A stretch of 64,000 nucleotides of DNA, from contig JANQET010000406.1 of the NCBI GenBank assembly GCA_028278265.1, positions 3,171-67,170 of the forward strand, read 5' to 3'. A model generated the notes under the pieces. That model was not told the DNA's origin. It was given only the letters and a program-made list of their open reading frames with translations, and searched no databases. Shown in pieces: positions 1 to 10,516 of this stretch (positions are counted from its first letter, which is position 1; each line of letters opens with the position of its first letter). The DNA is from Myxococcota bacterium. GTDB lineage: Bacteria; Myxococcota_A; Polyangia; JAAYKL01. Made by a program: the position numbers and the translations under genes.

Positions 1-116
1 TTCTGCTGACCCTCTACACCATCACGATGATGGTTTTCTTGGGCGTCAAGTGGTTCAACGAGCGCCGCGGCGATCCGATCAACGCCGGTGACGGTACGGA
101 CAAGGAGCAGTCATGA
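1..116 (+). CDS. 3' end of a membrane protein (partial), probable paralog of the next gene
   Basis: The frame from base 3 reads LLTLYTITMMVFLGVKWFNERRGDP...S*. Its TGA overlaps the next ATG (ATGA at 113-116). It resembles the C-terminus of the 113-1732 product (WTLTLYILVMIGILFTDWW). Confidence 0.65.
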   Translation, partial: LLTLYTITMMVFLGVKWFNERRGDPINAGDGTDKEQS

Positions 117-1732
117 ACATCTCCTTCGTAGAGTTGGTCAAAATCGGACTCGCCGCGAGCGCGGTGATCGCCGTTGCCGGGGTCTTCATCTTTCGCAAGT
201 TGGAACGCCACGAAGCGACCGCCCCCCTGCTGGAGAAATCCGATTTTTTGCGAATCGGCAAGTTCAGTTGGTCGGCCAAGCAGATCTTTCTCGCCGCGCT
301 GTTATTCTTCGCGGTGATGTCCGCGGGCAACTACTTCAGGTTTTCCCTGCCCACCATTTTCGACAAATACGATGAATACGACATTTTACACTATTATATC
401 AACGCCAAGTATTCCGACGAGCTGGGCTACGACAACCTCTATCCGGCGCTGATCATCGCCGACGCGCAGACCGTCAATCGGTTCGAGGGGCGAATCACCA
501 AGTACCGCCACGCGGCCAATCACGAGTATCGTCAGCGGTCCCAAGCACTTGAAATGACCGATGAAATCCGCGCCAAATTTTCGAAGAAGCGGTGGCAGGA
601 ATTTGTCTCGGACTACGTCTACATTCAACCGAAAATCGCCACATCGAAGTGGAAGACCATTTTGCAGGACCGGGGGTACAACGCCACTCCGATTTGGAAC
701 ATGATGGGGCGGGCCCTGGGCAACATGGTGGATATCGACGACCTCAAGCTGCTCTGCCTCGTCGATCTGGTGCTGTTCATCGCCATGCTGGCCGCGATCT
801 ATTGGGCTTTCGGTCCCTACGCGCTGGCCTTCGCCCTGATCTTTTTGGGGGTCAGCTACTCCTTTCGCTGGCCGGTGGTGGGGTGGTCGGTCTTTCGCTA
901 CGATTGGCTCGCGGCCCTTATCGCCGGCACCGCGTTCATGAAGAAGGAGCGCTACAAGACCGCCGGATTCATGTTCGGCTATGCCACCTGCATGCGCATC
1001 TTTCCCGCCGTGTTCATGTTCGGCCTCATCGCCAAGGGGATCCACGGCGTGATTGCCCACCGCTCTGTTCCCTGGAGCAAACCGATCGAACGGATTCGCC
1101 GCGGTGTGCCGCAGCACTACTGGATCATGGCCGGGGTGATGCTCCTGACCATCGCGGTCGGCACCGGTGCGGCGATGGCAACGGACGGGGCCAGTTCTTT
1201 CTCCAGACATTTCAGCGATATGGCGGTTCATCTGAAACCGGAAAACCTCTCCTCCCAACGGTGTGGTCTGGGCACTGCGCTCGTCTTCGACAACACCCAC
1301 GGCACGAAAAAGGGCTACATCCCCAAGGAGAAAAAGCTCGAAGTGGGGGAGAAGGTGGGCCTCAAGTACGCCATCGCCTTTGCATTGCTGATCCTCTTGG
1401 GCATCGGCGCGACGCGCTTGAAAGATCACGAGGCGGTGCTCTTCGGATTCATTCCGTTCTTCCTGCTCAGCATCGCCTCGTACTACTACTATGTGATGCG
1501 GATGAGTGTGATTGTGGCCCATGCCCACCGCATTCACAAACCGATGCACGCCCTGGGACTGGCGCTGTTGCTGATGATCGAACTCGTCACCTGGGTGGCC
1601 GAACTAACCGAACGATCCCGGTACTTTGCCATCGGCTGGATGGGCTGGACCTTGACCCTCTACATCCTGGTGATGATCGGCATCCTCTTCACCGACTGGT
1701 GGCTCGCACGAAAAGCGGACCAGTCGGCATAA
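113..1732 (+). CDS. Polytopic membrane protein, GT-C-fold glycosyltransferase-like
   Basis: 539 aa. An N-terminal TM region is followed by a large loop with acidic residues (DEYD), then many TM helices including a RIFPAVF motif. This layout is typical of GT-C (GT87-like) enzymes. Confidence 0.55.
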   Translation: MNISFVELVKIGLAASAVIAVAGVFIFRKLERHEATAPLLEKSDFLRIGKFSWSAKQIFLAALLFFAVMSAGNYFRFSLPTIFDKYDEYDILHYYINAKYSDELGYDNLYPALIIADAQTVNRFEGRITKYRHAANHEYRQRSQALEMTDEIRAKFSKKRWQEFVSDYVYIQPKIATSKWKTILQDRGYNATPIWNMMGRALGNMVDIDDLKLLCLVDLVLFIAMLAAIYWAFGPYALAFALIFLGVSYSFRWPVVGWSVFRYDWLAALIAGTAFMKKERYKTAGFMFGYATCMRIFPAVFMFGLIAKGIHGVIAHRSVPWSKPIERIRRGVPQHYWIMAGVMLLTIAVGTGAAMATDGASSFSRHFSDMAVHLKPENLSSQRCGLGTALVFDNTHGTKKGYIPKEKKLEVGEKVGLKYAIAFALLILLGIGATRLKDHEAVLFGFIPFFLLSIASYYYYVMRMSVIVAHAHRIHKPMHALGLALLLMIELVTWVAELTERSRYFAIGWMGWTLTLYILVMIGILFTDWWLARKADQSA

Positions 1733-1841
1733 TCCGCGGCAATCCGCCCAAATCCGTCCCAATCCGTCAACGATTGGTATCGCTATAATCGATATTTCTC
1801 ATCGGTAAACGATAAACCTCCTGTCAGCTGGCGCGCTCGAT
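1727..1841 (+). repeat. Left copy of island-bounding direct repeat
   Basis: GCATAATCCGCGGCAATCCGCCCAAATCCGTCCCAATCCGTCAA...ATAATCGATATTTCTCATCGGTAAACGATAAACCTCC...GGCGCGCTCGAT recurs at 19331-19464. Confidence 0.9.
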
Positions 1842-2427
1842 TACCGCACCGCTTCGGCGGGGTTCGAGAGCACTCGGCGGACACGCATCCCGGCCCTCTC
1901 TCCCGTGGCTACCAGCCCCTGCACCGAGGCAGCGGTCATCCCGGCGAGCACGGGATACTCATCCGCGAGCCGGTCATAGTCGCCGTCATCGAGGATTGAG
2001 CGACGCTGAAGCAGGCGGATCACTCGATGGGCGGTCGTCTCCACGATTTGCCGAACATCGTCCTCCGTGAGCTCTGGGGCCCGAATGAAGACCGGGATGT
2101 CTTCGCCTTCGCCAGCGGTGTACACCCCGTCGAGCTGCAAAACATGAAAATGAGGATTGCTGTTTAAGCTGGAGCCAAAACGCTGGGCGAACGTAACCGA
2201 ACCGTAGCGGATGTTTTCATGGCCGGCTTCCTTGACCTTCCTGTAGTACCATCCCCTGACGACCCGCAGGAACACCGCGAGCAAATCGGAGAGCAGCTTG
2301 CCGTCGTAGGACAACCGGTATCTGATCTCGATGGGGAGGCTGATCACCCATTGCCTCACCGGAGCGTTCGTCGGAAAGACGTTGTCCACCAACCGCGCGG
2401 CAGTGTCGGCCATGCGCCTGCCTGTAC
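1841..2427 (-). pseudogene. IS91/ISCR-family (Y2 HUH) transposase, central fragment
   Basis: GRRMADTAARLVD, VRQWVISLP and QRFGSSLNSNPHFHVLQLDG (HUH motif). The N-terminal zinc domain and the C-terminus are missing. Confidence 0.9.
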
Positions 2428-2669
2428 GATTTAATGAAAATCACGTCAGTGACATCAGCGCGCTTAGCGGTTTGGACAACTTGAACTATTTACGGATGCA
2501 ATACAACCAAATCAGCGACATCTCACCATTAGTCGATAACACTGGGATCGGCATTGGAGATAATGTAAGCATTCGCTATAATCCCATCGACTGCGACGAC
2601 GCGAGTGTGCGGCAGCAGATTCAGGCCCTGATTGATCGGGGAGCAACAGTCTATCATGATTGCCCCTAG
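2428..2669 (+). pseudogene. Leucine-rich repeat (internalin-like) protein, C-terminal fragment
   Basis: NHVSDISALSGLDNLNYLRMQYNQISDISPL...NPIDC. It begins abruptly at the edge of the IS91 fragment. Confidence 0.8.
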
Positions 2670-3115
2670 TAGATGCCAAGTACGTCGGCTACGCGGAGCC
2701 GATCATCGCGAGAGCCCACAACAGGTGCCACCGTCAGCCCCCCAATAAATCGGTCTTTGATTCAAATGTAACCTCGAAATGTATCCGAGGCGATCACTAT
2801 TCCTCAATGTAACGTAACATCCGCCGAACTCTTCTATTTTTTGTATTCTGAGACCGATTGCCATCGACAAAGAGAAACTTTACTAAGGGGACTGGTCAGC
2901 CGCCGATAAGTGCTCGAAAAATCAATGGCACGAGTAGTTCGGAGCCGTCACGACGAGCGTAGAGGCGGGTTCGATCATCCCACCCGAAATGGTCATCAAA
3001 TAGGCCAGTTGACCGGGCCAAAACCTTGGCACGGAAATTTCAGTTGCAGCAAGTGCCGGTACACACCGGCAGGAAAACCACCCGGGCAAACGCCCATAGG
3101 ATTGGGAGCGAAATA

Positions 3116-3649
3116 ATGCACTTGAGAAGAAACGTTTTGGGATTGTTGCTATTTGCCGGCATGCTGGGCCTCTGCTCGTATGAAGAGTACTATGAGGAAA
3201 ATCTCGAGCCGTATGAGGAAGAACAAGCAATCGGCAAGAATCGCGTAGGCGTCTCAGGCTACTACACATTAGCAGTATCGAGTACTCCGTACGGTGACGC
3301 GGATGATTGGGCCGATATAACGTGGACAACGGAGACGAGCTATACCCATTGGAGAGGTGGCAAGTACGGGCTCAAAATTCTCGATAGCGGACCCAACAGA
3401 TTTTTGCATGCACCGGGTGGGGATTGGAGCAAGGCATTTGCCTCGAATCGAATTGATTACAAATCAGATTCTGGCGAGTGGTACTCCGCTCGGTTCGGAT
3501 TTCACAATAATTTTGTTCACGAGCACTACTTCGACGGCTCCGCCCACATCAGCGACCGCATCCATTTTATAAGTAGTTACGGCAGTAAGATTTGTGTCCG
3601 CTTGAAACACAAATTCATTCACGAAAGTGACTACATTAATGCTGTGTGA
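3116..3649 (+). CDS. Hypothetical secreted protein with short internal repeats
   Basis: ATG at 3116 after GGAG, then a hydrophobic signal-like N-terminus. A F-x-H...S-x-R-I-x-[YF] unit is repeated. Confidence 0.6.
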   Translation: MHLRRNVLGLLLFAGMLGLCSYEEYYEENLEPYEEEQAIGKNRVGVSGYYTLAVSSTPYGDADDWADITWTTETSYTHWRGGKYGLKILDSGPNRFLHAPGGDWSKAFASNRIDYKSDSGEWYSARFGFHNNFVHEHYFDGSAHISDRIHFISSYGSKICVRLKHKFIHESDYINAV

Positions 3650-3661
3650 TTCCTGTTTTAG

Positions 3662-5848
3662 CTAGGGTTTTTCCCATCGAACAATTGTGAGTTGGTTGTT
3701 TGCTACATCGGTGTTCACATATGCCCAAACCACATCTCCACTATTCATCCATGCGAATTCATCGTGAACTGGGAAGCGCTCGGGAATTGATTGAGGCCAT
3801 CTTACGAAGTTGCCGTTGCCGTCGATTATCGCGACATAATGCTTGGTTGATGTAGCAAATACAGTGTCCCATGCAACGAGGAATAGCCCTTTGCTATCAC
3901 TGCCTATTCGTTGTATGTGCGGTACGATTTCCGGCTCGGGAGTTTTTGTGAGAAATATGGGAGCCGCGTTAAAGCCATAATAATACTGGCATCCAACTGG
4001 TTGATTGTAATCAAAACAAGGGGGCATTCTCATGAATATGAATTCCGATGGAGCACTATTGTCTCTAAAGTACCAACAATGGGGCGGGTTTTCCATGTAT
4101 GGGTTTCTGTTGGAACGCTCGGACCACCTGCTTCCGCGCATTTGATCATCAATATGGCTGGTCATGCTCATTGCAAAACCATCCTCGAAGGGAACTAACC
4201 CGCCAGTGTCGTTGGGACTATCCTGACCATATTCAAATGGTATGGCCCAAATGGTGCTGTGGCCGCCACCTCTGGAAACGCGAAGGGATCCACCGGAATA
4301 TGCCTCGGCCCTACAAACCCTGGAGAACATTCCTATTGAGGGATTGTATGCTGCGCGTTCTTCTAGGCTGTGGCCGCATCCATTTCCACCCGGGGCATTT
4401 GATGAGCCAACTCCGCTTTGAGAATACAAATAGTTCAAATCGTCAGTATCAGCCACCAGCCATGAGTTTGCAGCATCGTGACCACCGTCGTTTATCTTTG
4501 AGAAAACCAGGAACACACCACCTTTATACGCAGTGCTTCCACCATCGGTCGAGCTGAGACCCACTGGGTTTTTTCCAAATACCATCCGCCCTTCAAAGCC
4601 AGAATTGGTCTGACCAATACATCTTCTAATTACCTTTCCATCGTCACTGATACTACTCGAATGGCTAGTTCCATCAGATGCGCATTCAATAACCGGAGGT
4701 GAGTTCAAAACTCCATTTGATTCGGGAGGGCTGTTAGGGCTTCTCAAAACCACCACATCTCCCCTCGATCCTTCGGATAGAAACCTACGAACGTACACCG
4801 CCACATGCTCAATGTCGTTAATGGCCAAGCCATTGCATTCATTTGCGTCTGGAACAATAACGTCATATTCGAGGGTGGCTAGGTCGTTACCGATTTTCGC
4901 AAGATGAACTTTTGTGTCATCATCGTTCCAACATAACATTAGTGAATCGTCTGAATTAGGTACAATATAATTAGGTCCTGGATCTCTCCACCAGTAGGGT
5001 TGACCTACGTTCTTGGGAAGTACTACCTGCGTTGTAGTTGTAGGAGGATCCTCCATTTTAGGATCCTCAACGCCTTCGAAAGGAGGGGCTCTTCTACCGG
5101 AGAATTCGTTAACCAATATTGCGACTTCCAAACTTGGTTTCGATTGTTGATTGCTACTGTTGTTAGCGGTTACTCGATATCTATGCGTTTCACCACTCGA
5201 TACACTGCTGTCGGTATATTTAAAGACGTCGGCGTCAACAACAACGATCGCGATATTGTTTCTATTTATTTCATAGGATTTTATGTTGTCGCTAGGAGAT
5301 GGCAGCCAATGTAGTTCGACTGTTTTCGGATCTGATTGTCGCACCCAAATTTTAATAGGTGGAGCGAGAGGGTCATCGTATGATTCCATCCCCTCTGGAT
5401 TTTCAAGGCTTGGACACCAACTATCAGGATGCTCGAATTTCTCGCAATCAGGTGAGCACATACCGTCACAAGCTACTGTGTCGCCATCGTCGCATAGCTC
5501 GTTTGATTCTCGTATATTATTACCGCAAATAGAAGCTGATGGGTCGCCGCAACCAGATGTGTCGAATAGACAATCATCTGTGCAAGCCAATATACCTTCT
5601 GAAAAACCCAGGTCAGCACAGGTATATCCGTTTAAACTATCACCATCGCACTCTTCGAACACGTTTGCATAGCCATCGCCACATACCTCTGGGGACTCGG
5701 TATCCGAATCCGAATCAGTATCAGCATCAATATCAATGTCACTGTCGCCACCGCCACTGCCGTTATTACCATCGGAGCAATTAAACGATGTGATCGATAA
5801 TGCCAGTCCAGCGATCAGGGTAATGAAGATCGTTTTGAAGTACGTCAT
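3662..5848 (-). CDS. Lipoprotein: acidic linker, Cys-rich (CGDG/CGNN) repeats, FN3-like domain, unknown C-terminal beta-rich domain
   Basis: GGAGG RBS before ATG 5848, signal peptide ending in Cys, DSDIDIDADTDSD linker, myxobacterial-type CGDG...EECD repeats and the FN3-like motif VELHWLPS...YTD...YRVTA. Confidence 0.8.
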   Translation of the reverse strand: MTYFKTIFITLIAGLALSITSFNCSDGNNGSGGGDSDIDIDADTDSDSDTESPEVCGDGYANVFEECDGDSLNGYTCADLGFSEGILACTDDCLFDTSGCGDPSASICGNNIRESNELCDDGDTVACDGMCSPDCEKFEHPDSWCPSLENPEGMESYDDPLAPPIKIWVRQSDPKTVELHWLPSPSDNIKSYEINRNNIAIVVVDADVFKYTDSSVSSGETHRYRVTANNSSNQQSKPSLEVAILVNEFSGRRAPPFEGVEDPKMEDPPTTTTQVVLPKNVGQPYWWRDPGPNYIVPNSDDSLMLCWNDDDTKVHLAKIGNDLATLEYDVIVPDANECNGLAINDIEHVAVYVRRFLSEGSRGDVVVLRSPNSPPESNGVLNSPPVIECASDGTSHSSSISDDGKVIRRCIGQTNSGFEGRMVFGKNPVGLSSTDGGSTAYKGGVFLVFSKINDGGHDAANSWLVADTDDLNYLYSQSGVGSSNAPGGNGCGHSLEERAAYNPSIGMFSRVCRAEAYSGGSLRVSRGGGHSTIWAIPFEYGQDSPNDTGGLVPFEDGFAMSMTSHIDDQMRGSRWSERSNRNPYMENPPHCWYFRDNSAPSEFIFMRMPPCFDYNQPVGCQYYYGFNAAPIFLTKTPEPEIVPHIQRIGSDSKGLFLVAWDTVFATSTKHYVAIIDGNGNFVRWPQSIPERFPVHDEFAWMNSGDVVWAYVNTDVANNQLTIVRWEKP

Positions 5849-6226
5849 GCCTACACCTCCGATGAAAATTGTAGTTCTGCGAATAAGTGCCGTCAACTAT
5901 CGAATGTGAGTTTACGTTCTCTTACGTTCTATTTGATCGAATCAAATCAGCAATTATCATGGGATTGTAAAATCATAGCTATTGCAGCATAGTTCAGAAG
6001 GTGAATGGCTTGTTAAAAATACATATGGTCATCTTCAGTATTTCATATGAAAACAAACCGCTATTTGTGTTGTTCAATGGAGGACCGGGTTCGAGAACTG
6101 CTATTTTGCTCGCGTTGTGAAAGGGGAGAGAAGATCTACACAACCTAAAAATAAGCGACTTTTGGTCTAGACAATGGGGTCCACTTTAAATCTGTAACTT
6201 TTCGTCATATTCTCGGGCCCACAGCC

Positions 6227-6637
6227 CCCCGGGGTGCCAGCATTGGTTCTGACTGAGCGCTGGATTTACAGACTCGCCGCCGGCGGTTTCGCCGCTTCGC
6301 CACCTTTCTCGCCACCCCAGAATGCTGGAAGCCATGAATAAACCTAAGGATTACGTGATGTTCCAATTGGCGCGAAAGCTGGCCCACATATTGCCGGTAT
6401 TGCCAGGGCTATGCTTGTCGCCCCACAGTATGAAGCGTTTTCCTACCAGCGCCGGATACCCGAGCAGGAGCTGCTGCACCAGATCTTGCTCGAACACCTG
6501 GAGACGTTTCTCGACCGCGCTCGCACGCTCAAAGACGAAGATGTCAAACAAATAGTAGAAACCACGGCCCATTCAACGCTTCAAATCGGGGCAAACTGCT
6601 TGACGGTTGGTCTCAAGAGGCCTTTTATTTCACCTAT
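6227..6637 (+). mobile_element. Internally deleted IS91/ISCR derivative (non-autonomous); left boundary approximate
   Basis: The transposase N-terminus YQRRIPEQELLHQILLEHLETFL is fused directly to the central motif DEDVKQIVETTAH (compare EDDVRQIVETTAH at ~2030-2070). An oriIS-like end follows at 6592-6637. Confidence 0.75.
6592..6637 (+). repeat. oriIS-like end, copy 1
   Basis: CAAACTGCTTGACGGTTGGTCTCAAGAGGCCTTTTATTTCACCTAT matches the reverse complement of 11915-11960 at 41/46 positions. The end GG..TTTAT....CTAT resembles ISCR oriIS. Confidence 0.7.
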
Positions 6638-6767
6638 GTCTGAGTATTTCATGCTATAATGCCAATGGGGTAGTGACTAAAGAACACCAGAGTTTTCTTA
6701 ACTACGGCGGGTTTCGGCGCCTGCCAAGTGCAGAAACACTTTATGGTGAAAACGAAGGAGAGTATCG

Positions 6768-9473
6768 ATGAAAGCGTTACTAAAGTACTCCTTATATATT
6801 ATCTACACCGGCGCCATAACAGCCAGTGTGTTCTTCTTGTCCCGTGACTGGGATTTTCGAACACAAAATATCGATGAAGAGAAAGTCGACCCCATACGAC
6901 CCACTCTAGTGTCCCTCGAGCACGAAGAAGAAGACGAGTATGACCCCGAGAAGAACCGTGCTTGGACAGCGGAAGAGGCAAGAGAACACCAACAGGCATT
7001 GAGGCGCAAACTCGCGTTAACCCCTCCCAAAAGTAAAGATGCCGATCCGGTGGAGAGATACGCTGATGACACCTTAGTGGGAGTCTGGAAATCCAGGGGG
7101 CCCAGAAATATGCCGGGTTGCTGGCAGTTTGCCGAGATGCTGGACGGAACAGATGTCATCTACGGTGTTACTTGTGGTCACTATGGCGGCCTTCATTTCA
7201 TATATAAGGGTTCCCTCGCAGGAGATGATTTCACTCTCATCAATCGCCACTATCCCAACCGCTTTCGCCATTTACTTGCGTTCGAATTCGATGGGGAAAC
7301 TCGGCTTGTTGCCACCGTAGAAAACGGCCCGGTGGCCTATAGCGATGGTGACGGCACAGATTGGATTCCCTCCACAGGATTGCCCGACGAGATACACGGA
7401 ACTGCGGTAAACAGACAAGACAGCAATCGGGTATATGCAGTGGATGGTACAAAGGTGTATGTATCTGACGACGGAGGACAGTCATTTACTACACTTCAAA
7501 CATTTAGCTCCAGCAAGCAGAGTCGTGTTTACTCGCCTAGGTACGATAGTCAACCGGGGTCGTCCAATGTTTACATGGTGCGCGCTGGGGAATTTTTGAA
7601 GCTCAATAGTGCCGGTACCAGCTTTAACTCAGTTGGTTCATTTCCCTGGCCCGGTGACAACAAGGGATGCGCCATCGCCGGAGATACCCGAAAGTTCTAC
7701 GTGACAGTGGATTCAAAGTATTTCTCTTCCAGCAATCAAGGGGCCGGTTGGACACAGAAATATCCAGAGGGGGGATACTACAGTTCTGTCGGGGAGATGT
7801 CAGCGGGAGTATCAATGGAATATCTGGCCGTGCATCCGGAGAACCCCGAGATTGTTACCGGCGGCTACACCCACCCCGTCTATTCCAGCAACGGGTTGAC
7901 CAGCACTGCGCATGATTATGACAACTGGGGATTTTATCAAGTCATTGGCGACCCAGAAACCCGGCACCGCATCCGCTATCATCCGGACTTCCAAGCATCC
8001 CATTTCTTTTACGATGCAAACGATGATTTGCTGACGATACGATGCTCTGACGGCGGATTGTTCAAGTCTTACAGAGAGTGGATTGATTACGCCTTTGACG
8101 ATTATCCCTCCGATACCTATTACAACATCACGCTCTACGGCGTTCCTTCCCGAGAAACCTATCGCGCCGGACTGATGACGGGCCACAAAAACCCGGACCA
8201 CATGGTTGTAGGTACTCAGGACCAAGGTGTGCAAACCACCACCAATACCGGGGTGCAATCTCTGAATGTGCGGCAAGGTCCATATGGAGATGGTAGCACG
8301 GCAATAACCGCAGACGGAGTCACTGGATGGTCATTCGATTCCAGCAAAGTCTATTATCCATTCCCTCTGTACACAGGAGATGACTTTAAAGGCCAAGAAA
8401 ACCTCAATAGTGACAACTTTACTGAGTTTTCCGGCGAAGGGTATTGGCCCTACGGGGTAGTCGACGAAAAGGCACCGGGGCAGAGAGTATGGGTGCTGGC
8501 TCAAAATCTTCAACGGGCAGAGTGGAACGGTTCCAGTCTCACCGGCAAAGAAACCAACTTTGCAGCCGGTGGCTACGTATCTGCTCTGGCGCAATCTATT
8601 ACTTCGGATAAAATATGGGCGCTCGAAGCCGGAACCGTCTATCGATCGACCGATCGAGGTGACAATTGGAACAGTGGCACCCAGACGCCCCTCGGTACCA
8701 CCAATGGAATTTGGTCAGAGAATAACAAAGGTGGCGGCTGGTGTTCTCCGGTCAACGAAAATCTTATTCTATTTGCATCACCATCGAACAACAGTGTCGT
8801 CTCAGTTTTTTCTAAAGACGGTGGATCTTCATGGCAGGATGTTTCGGGAGTCTACCCCAACGCCAGTACGAACTGCATGAAGGGCACTCCAGACGGTAAG
8901 TTTGTTTTTGCGTCTACCAAGTATGGTCCCTATGTGTTTGCGGTGGAGTTGGAGCAGTGGTTTGATCTATCCGCGGGCATGGGTCCCGCCTTCTACGGTC
9001 AACATTGCGAATACATAGAGTCCATCAACGTGATGAGATTCTCCACTTGGGGCCTGGGGATTTGGGACTTTGCCATCGGCTCGGACACCGATATAGACTC
9101 GGACACAGATTCAGACACTGACACAGATTCGGATTCGGATTCAGACTCGGACTCAGATTCGGACTCAGATTCGGACTCAGATTCAGACTCGGACTCAGAC
9201 TCGGATTCAGATTCGGATTCAGATTCGGACTCAGATTCGGACTCAGATTCAGACTCGGACTCAGACTCGGATTCAGATTCGGACTCAGATTCAGACTCGG
9301 ACTCAGACTCGGATTCGGATTCAGACTCGGACTCAGATTCGGACTCAGATTTGGACGACGACGATCCGGAGGAGGAACTAATTCCCAGCGAAGAGAATTC
9401 ATGTGGATGCCGGACGGTGGGACAGCCCGCAGACGTTTCGGTTCTAGTTTCAACTTTTTTCGCACTCTTCTAA
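6768..9473 (+). CDS. Asp-box/BNR beta-propeller (VPS10/GH74-like) surface protein with SD repeats and MYXO-CTERM-like tail
   Basis: WKSRGP start of the propeller, several S-x-D-x-G-x-x-W/F boxes ([24 protein letters not shown]), STWGLGIW, a ~90 aa DS tract and the tail SCGCRTVG + hydrophobic segment. Confidence 0.85.
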   Translation: MKALLKYSLYIIYTGAITASVFFLSRDWDFRTQNIDEEKVDPIRPTLVSLEHEEEDEYDPEKNRAWTAEEAREHQQALRRKLALTPPKSKDADPVERYADDTLVGVWKSRGPRNMPGCWQFAEMLDGTDVIYGVTCGHYGGLHFIYKGSLAGDDFTLINRHYPNRFRHLLAFEFDGETRLVATVENGPVAYSDGDGTDWIPSTGLPDEIHGTAVNRQDSNRVYAVDGTKVYVSDDGGQSFTTLQTFSSSKQSRVYSPRYDSQPGSSNVYMVRAGEFLKLNSAGTSFNSVGSFPWPGDNKGCAIAGDTRKFYVTVDSKYFSSSNQGAGWTQKYPEGGYYSSVGEMSAGVSMEYLAVHPENPEIVTGGYTHPVYSSNGLTSTAHDYDNWGFYQVIGDPETRHRIRYHPDFQASHFFYDANDDLLTIRCSDGGLFKSYREWIDYAFDDYPSDTYYNITLYGVPSRETYRAGLMTGHKNPDHMVVGTQDQGVQTTTNTGVQSLNVRQGPYGDGSTAITADGVTGWSFDSSKVYYPFPLYTGDDFKGQENLNSDNFTEFSGEGYWPYGVVDEKAPGQRVWVLAQNLQRAEWNGSSLTGKETNFAAGGYVSALAQSITSDKIWALEAGTVYRSTDRGDNWNSGTQTPLGTTNGIWSENNKGGGWCSPVNENLILFASPSNNSVVSVFSKDGGSSWQDVSGVYPNASTNCMKGTPDGKFVFASTKYGPYVFAVELEQWFDLSAGMGPAFYGQHCEYIESINVMRFSTWGLGIWDFAIGSDTDIDSDTDSDTDTDSDSDSDSDSDSDSDSDSDSDSDSDSDSDSDSDSDSDSDSDSDSDSDSDSDSDSDSDSDSDSDSDSDSDSDSDSDLDDDDPEEELIPSEENSCGCRTVGQPADVSVLVSTFFALF
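9084..9350 (+). repeat. GAYTCR hexamer tandem repeat encoding (Asp-Ser)n
   Basis: GACTCG/GATTCA/GACTCA/GATTCG units repeated about 40 times. Confidence 0.95.
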
Positions 9474-9481
9474 GCGGGTAA

Positions 9482-10516
9482 TTGGGGACAGTGTTTTTTC
9501 AGTTCGAATGTCTTTCCAAACACTGCAACAACCAGGTTCGCTGCGACGACGGGGGAAATTGCTGCAACGAAGTGAATACAAGCCATTGTGATCTGTTCGT
9601 GTGCAATACAGATGTGTATCAACGTGTCGAGGATTGCGGCACAGCGGTTGAGCAGAATCAATTTTGCATTGCAGACTATCACTGCGAAGCCGGAGATTGT
9701 GTCCCAGACCTCGACAACGGCAGTTTCTGTGATGAGCCCAGCGATTGCGCATCCGACAATTGCAACAACGACACCTGTTGTCCCGCGGGCGGCACCTGTT
9801 GCACGGGACCAGAAGTCTGTGCTCAGGAACAGCCTATTTGCGGAGCGGAGTTTCAATGTGTGGATTGTAATGTGGAAGACCTGTGCGAGAATCAATACCG
9901 ATTGACTCCAATCTGCGATACTTCTTCGGGTAGATGTGTCGAATGCCTTACCAATGAGCATTGTTTATTGGAAATGGATACCGACAGCGAGACAGATATT
10001 GATACAGATACGGAGCTTCCTTTACCCTTCAAATCACCGTTGGGGGCTTGCACACCTGATCATGTATGCACTTGTTGGGTGGATCACGATACATGGCAGT
10101 GTACTACTTCTGCTGATTGCGATAGTGGATATCTCTGTGCGCAAGATTTTATCGGAGGATTTCACGCAACTTGTTTGAGGAGCTGCTCAACGGCGCAAAC
10201 ACCTTTTAACGGTGTCGCATGCGAAGAAAGAGATATAGCCGAGCCTGGCTCGCGACTCGTCTGGGTACCGGTAACCACATGCTACGCGTTCAATCGATTT
10301 GGTATCGATTCCTCGGCGGGTGAAGAGATTTGCAGCGTGGACGGTCCGGATGGTTTGGAAGACGGTTTTGGACACATGTTCGATGGACAAAATTGCTGCA
10401 CCTACTCCTGCAATAGCGAGCTAGACACAGACGATGACAATTGGTCCCGAGTGCAAGATCTGTGGAAGCGGTTCCAAGCTCTACGTGCCCTAGCCCCTGA
10501 TTACCTAACCTTATAA
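9482..10516 (+). pseudogene. Cys-rich repeat surface protein, probably 5'-truncated
   Basis: Many CxxxxxC/CC repeats and a short DTDSETD linker. The TTG start directly follows an in-frame TAA, with no RBS and no signal peptide, and the protein starts mid-repeat. Confidence 0.6.

Noticed and set aside
1775..1815. dif (XerCD) site within the boundary repeat
   Set aside because: The left half resembles ...ATAA-6 bp, but the XerD arm (TTATGTTAAAT-like) is absent.
3025..3047. sigma54 promoter TTGGCACGGAAATTTCAG
   Set aside because: The -24 element is good, but the -12 GC is not at the required spacing.
9084..9350. Possible CRISPR array or non-coding satellite in the hexamer repeats
   Set aside because: There are no unique spacers. 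The variation is at synonymous positions inside an ORF, and no cas genes are present.
9025..9465. Antisense and alternate-frame ORFs over acidic repeats (also 10929-11573, 17417-17821, 47950-48297, 58782-59428)
   Set aside because: These are shadows of low-complexity DS/DT repeats that lack stop codons in other frames (poly-SE/SV/TR products).
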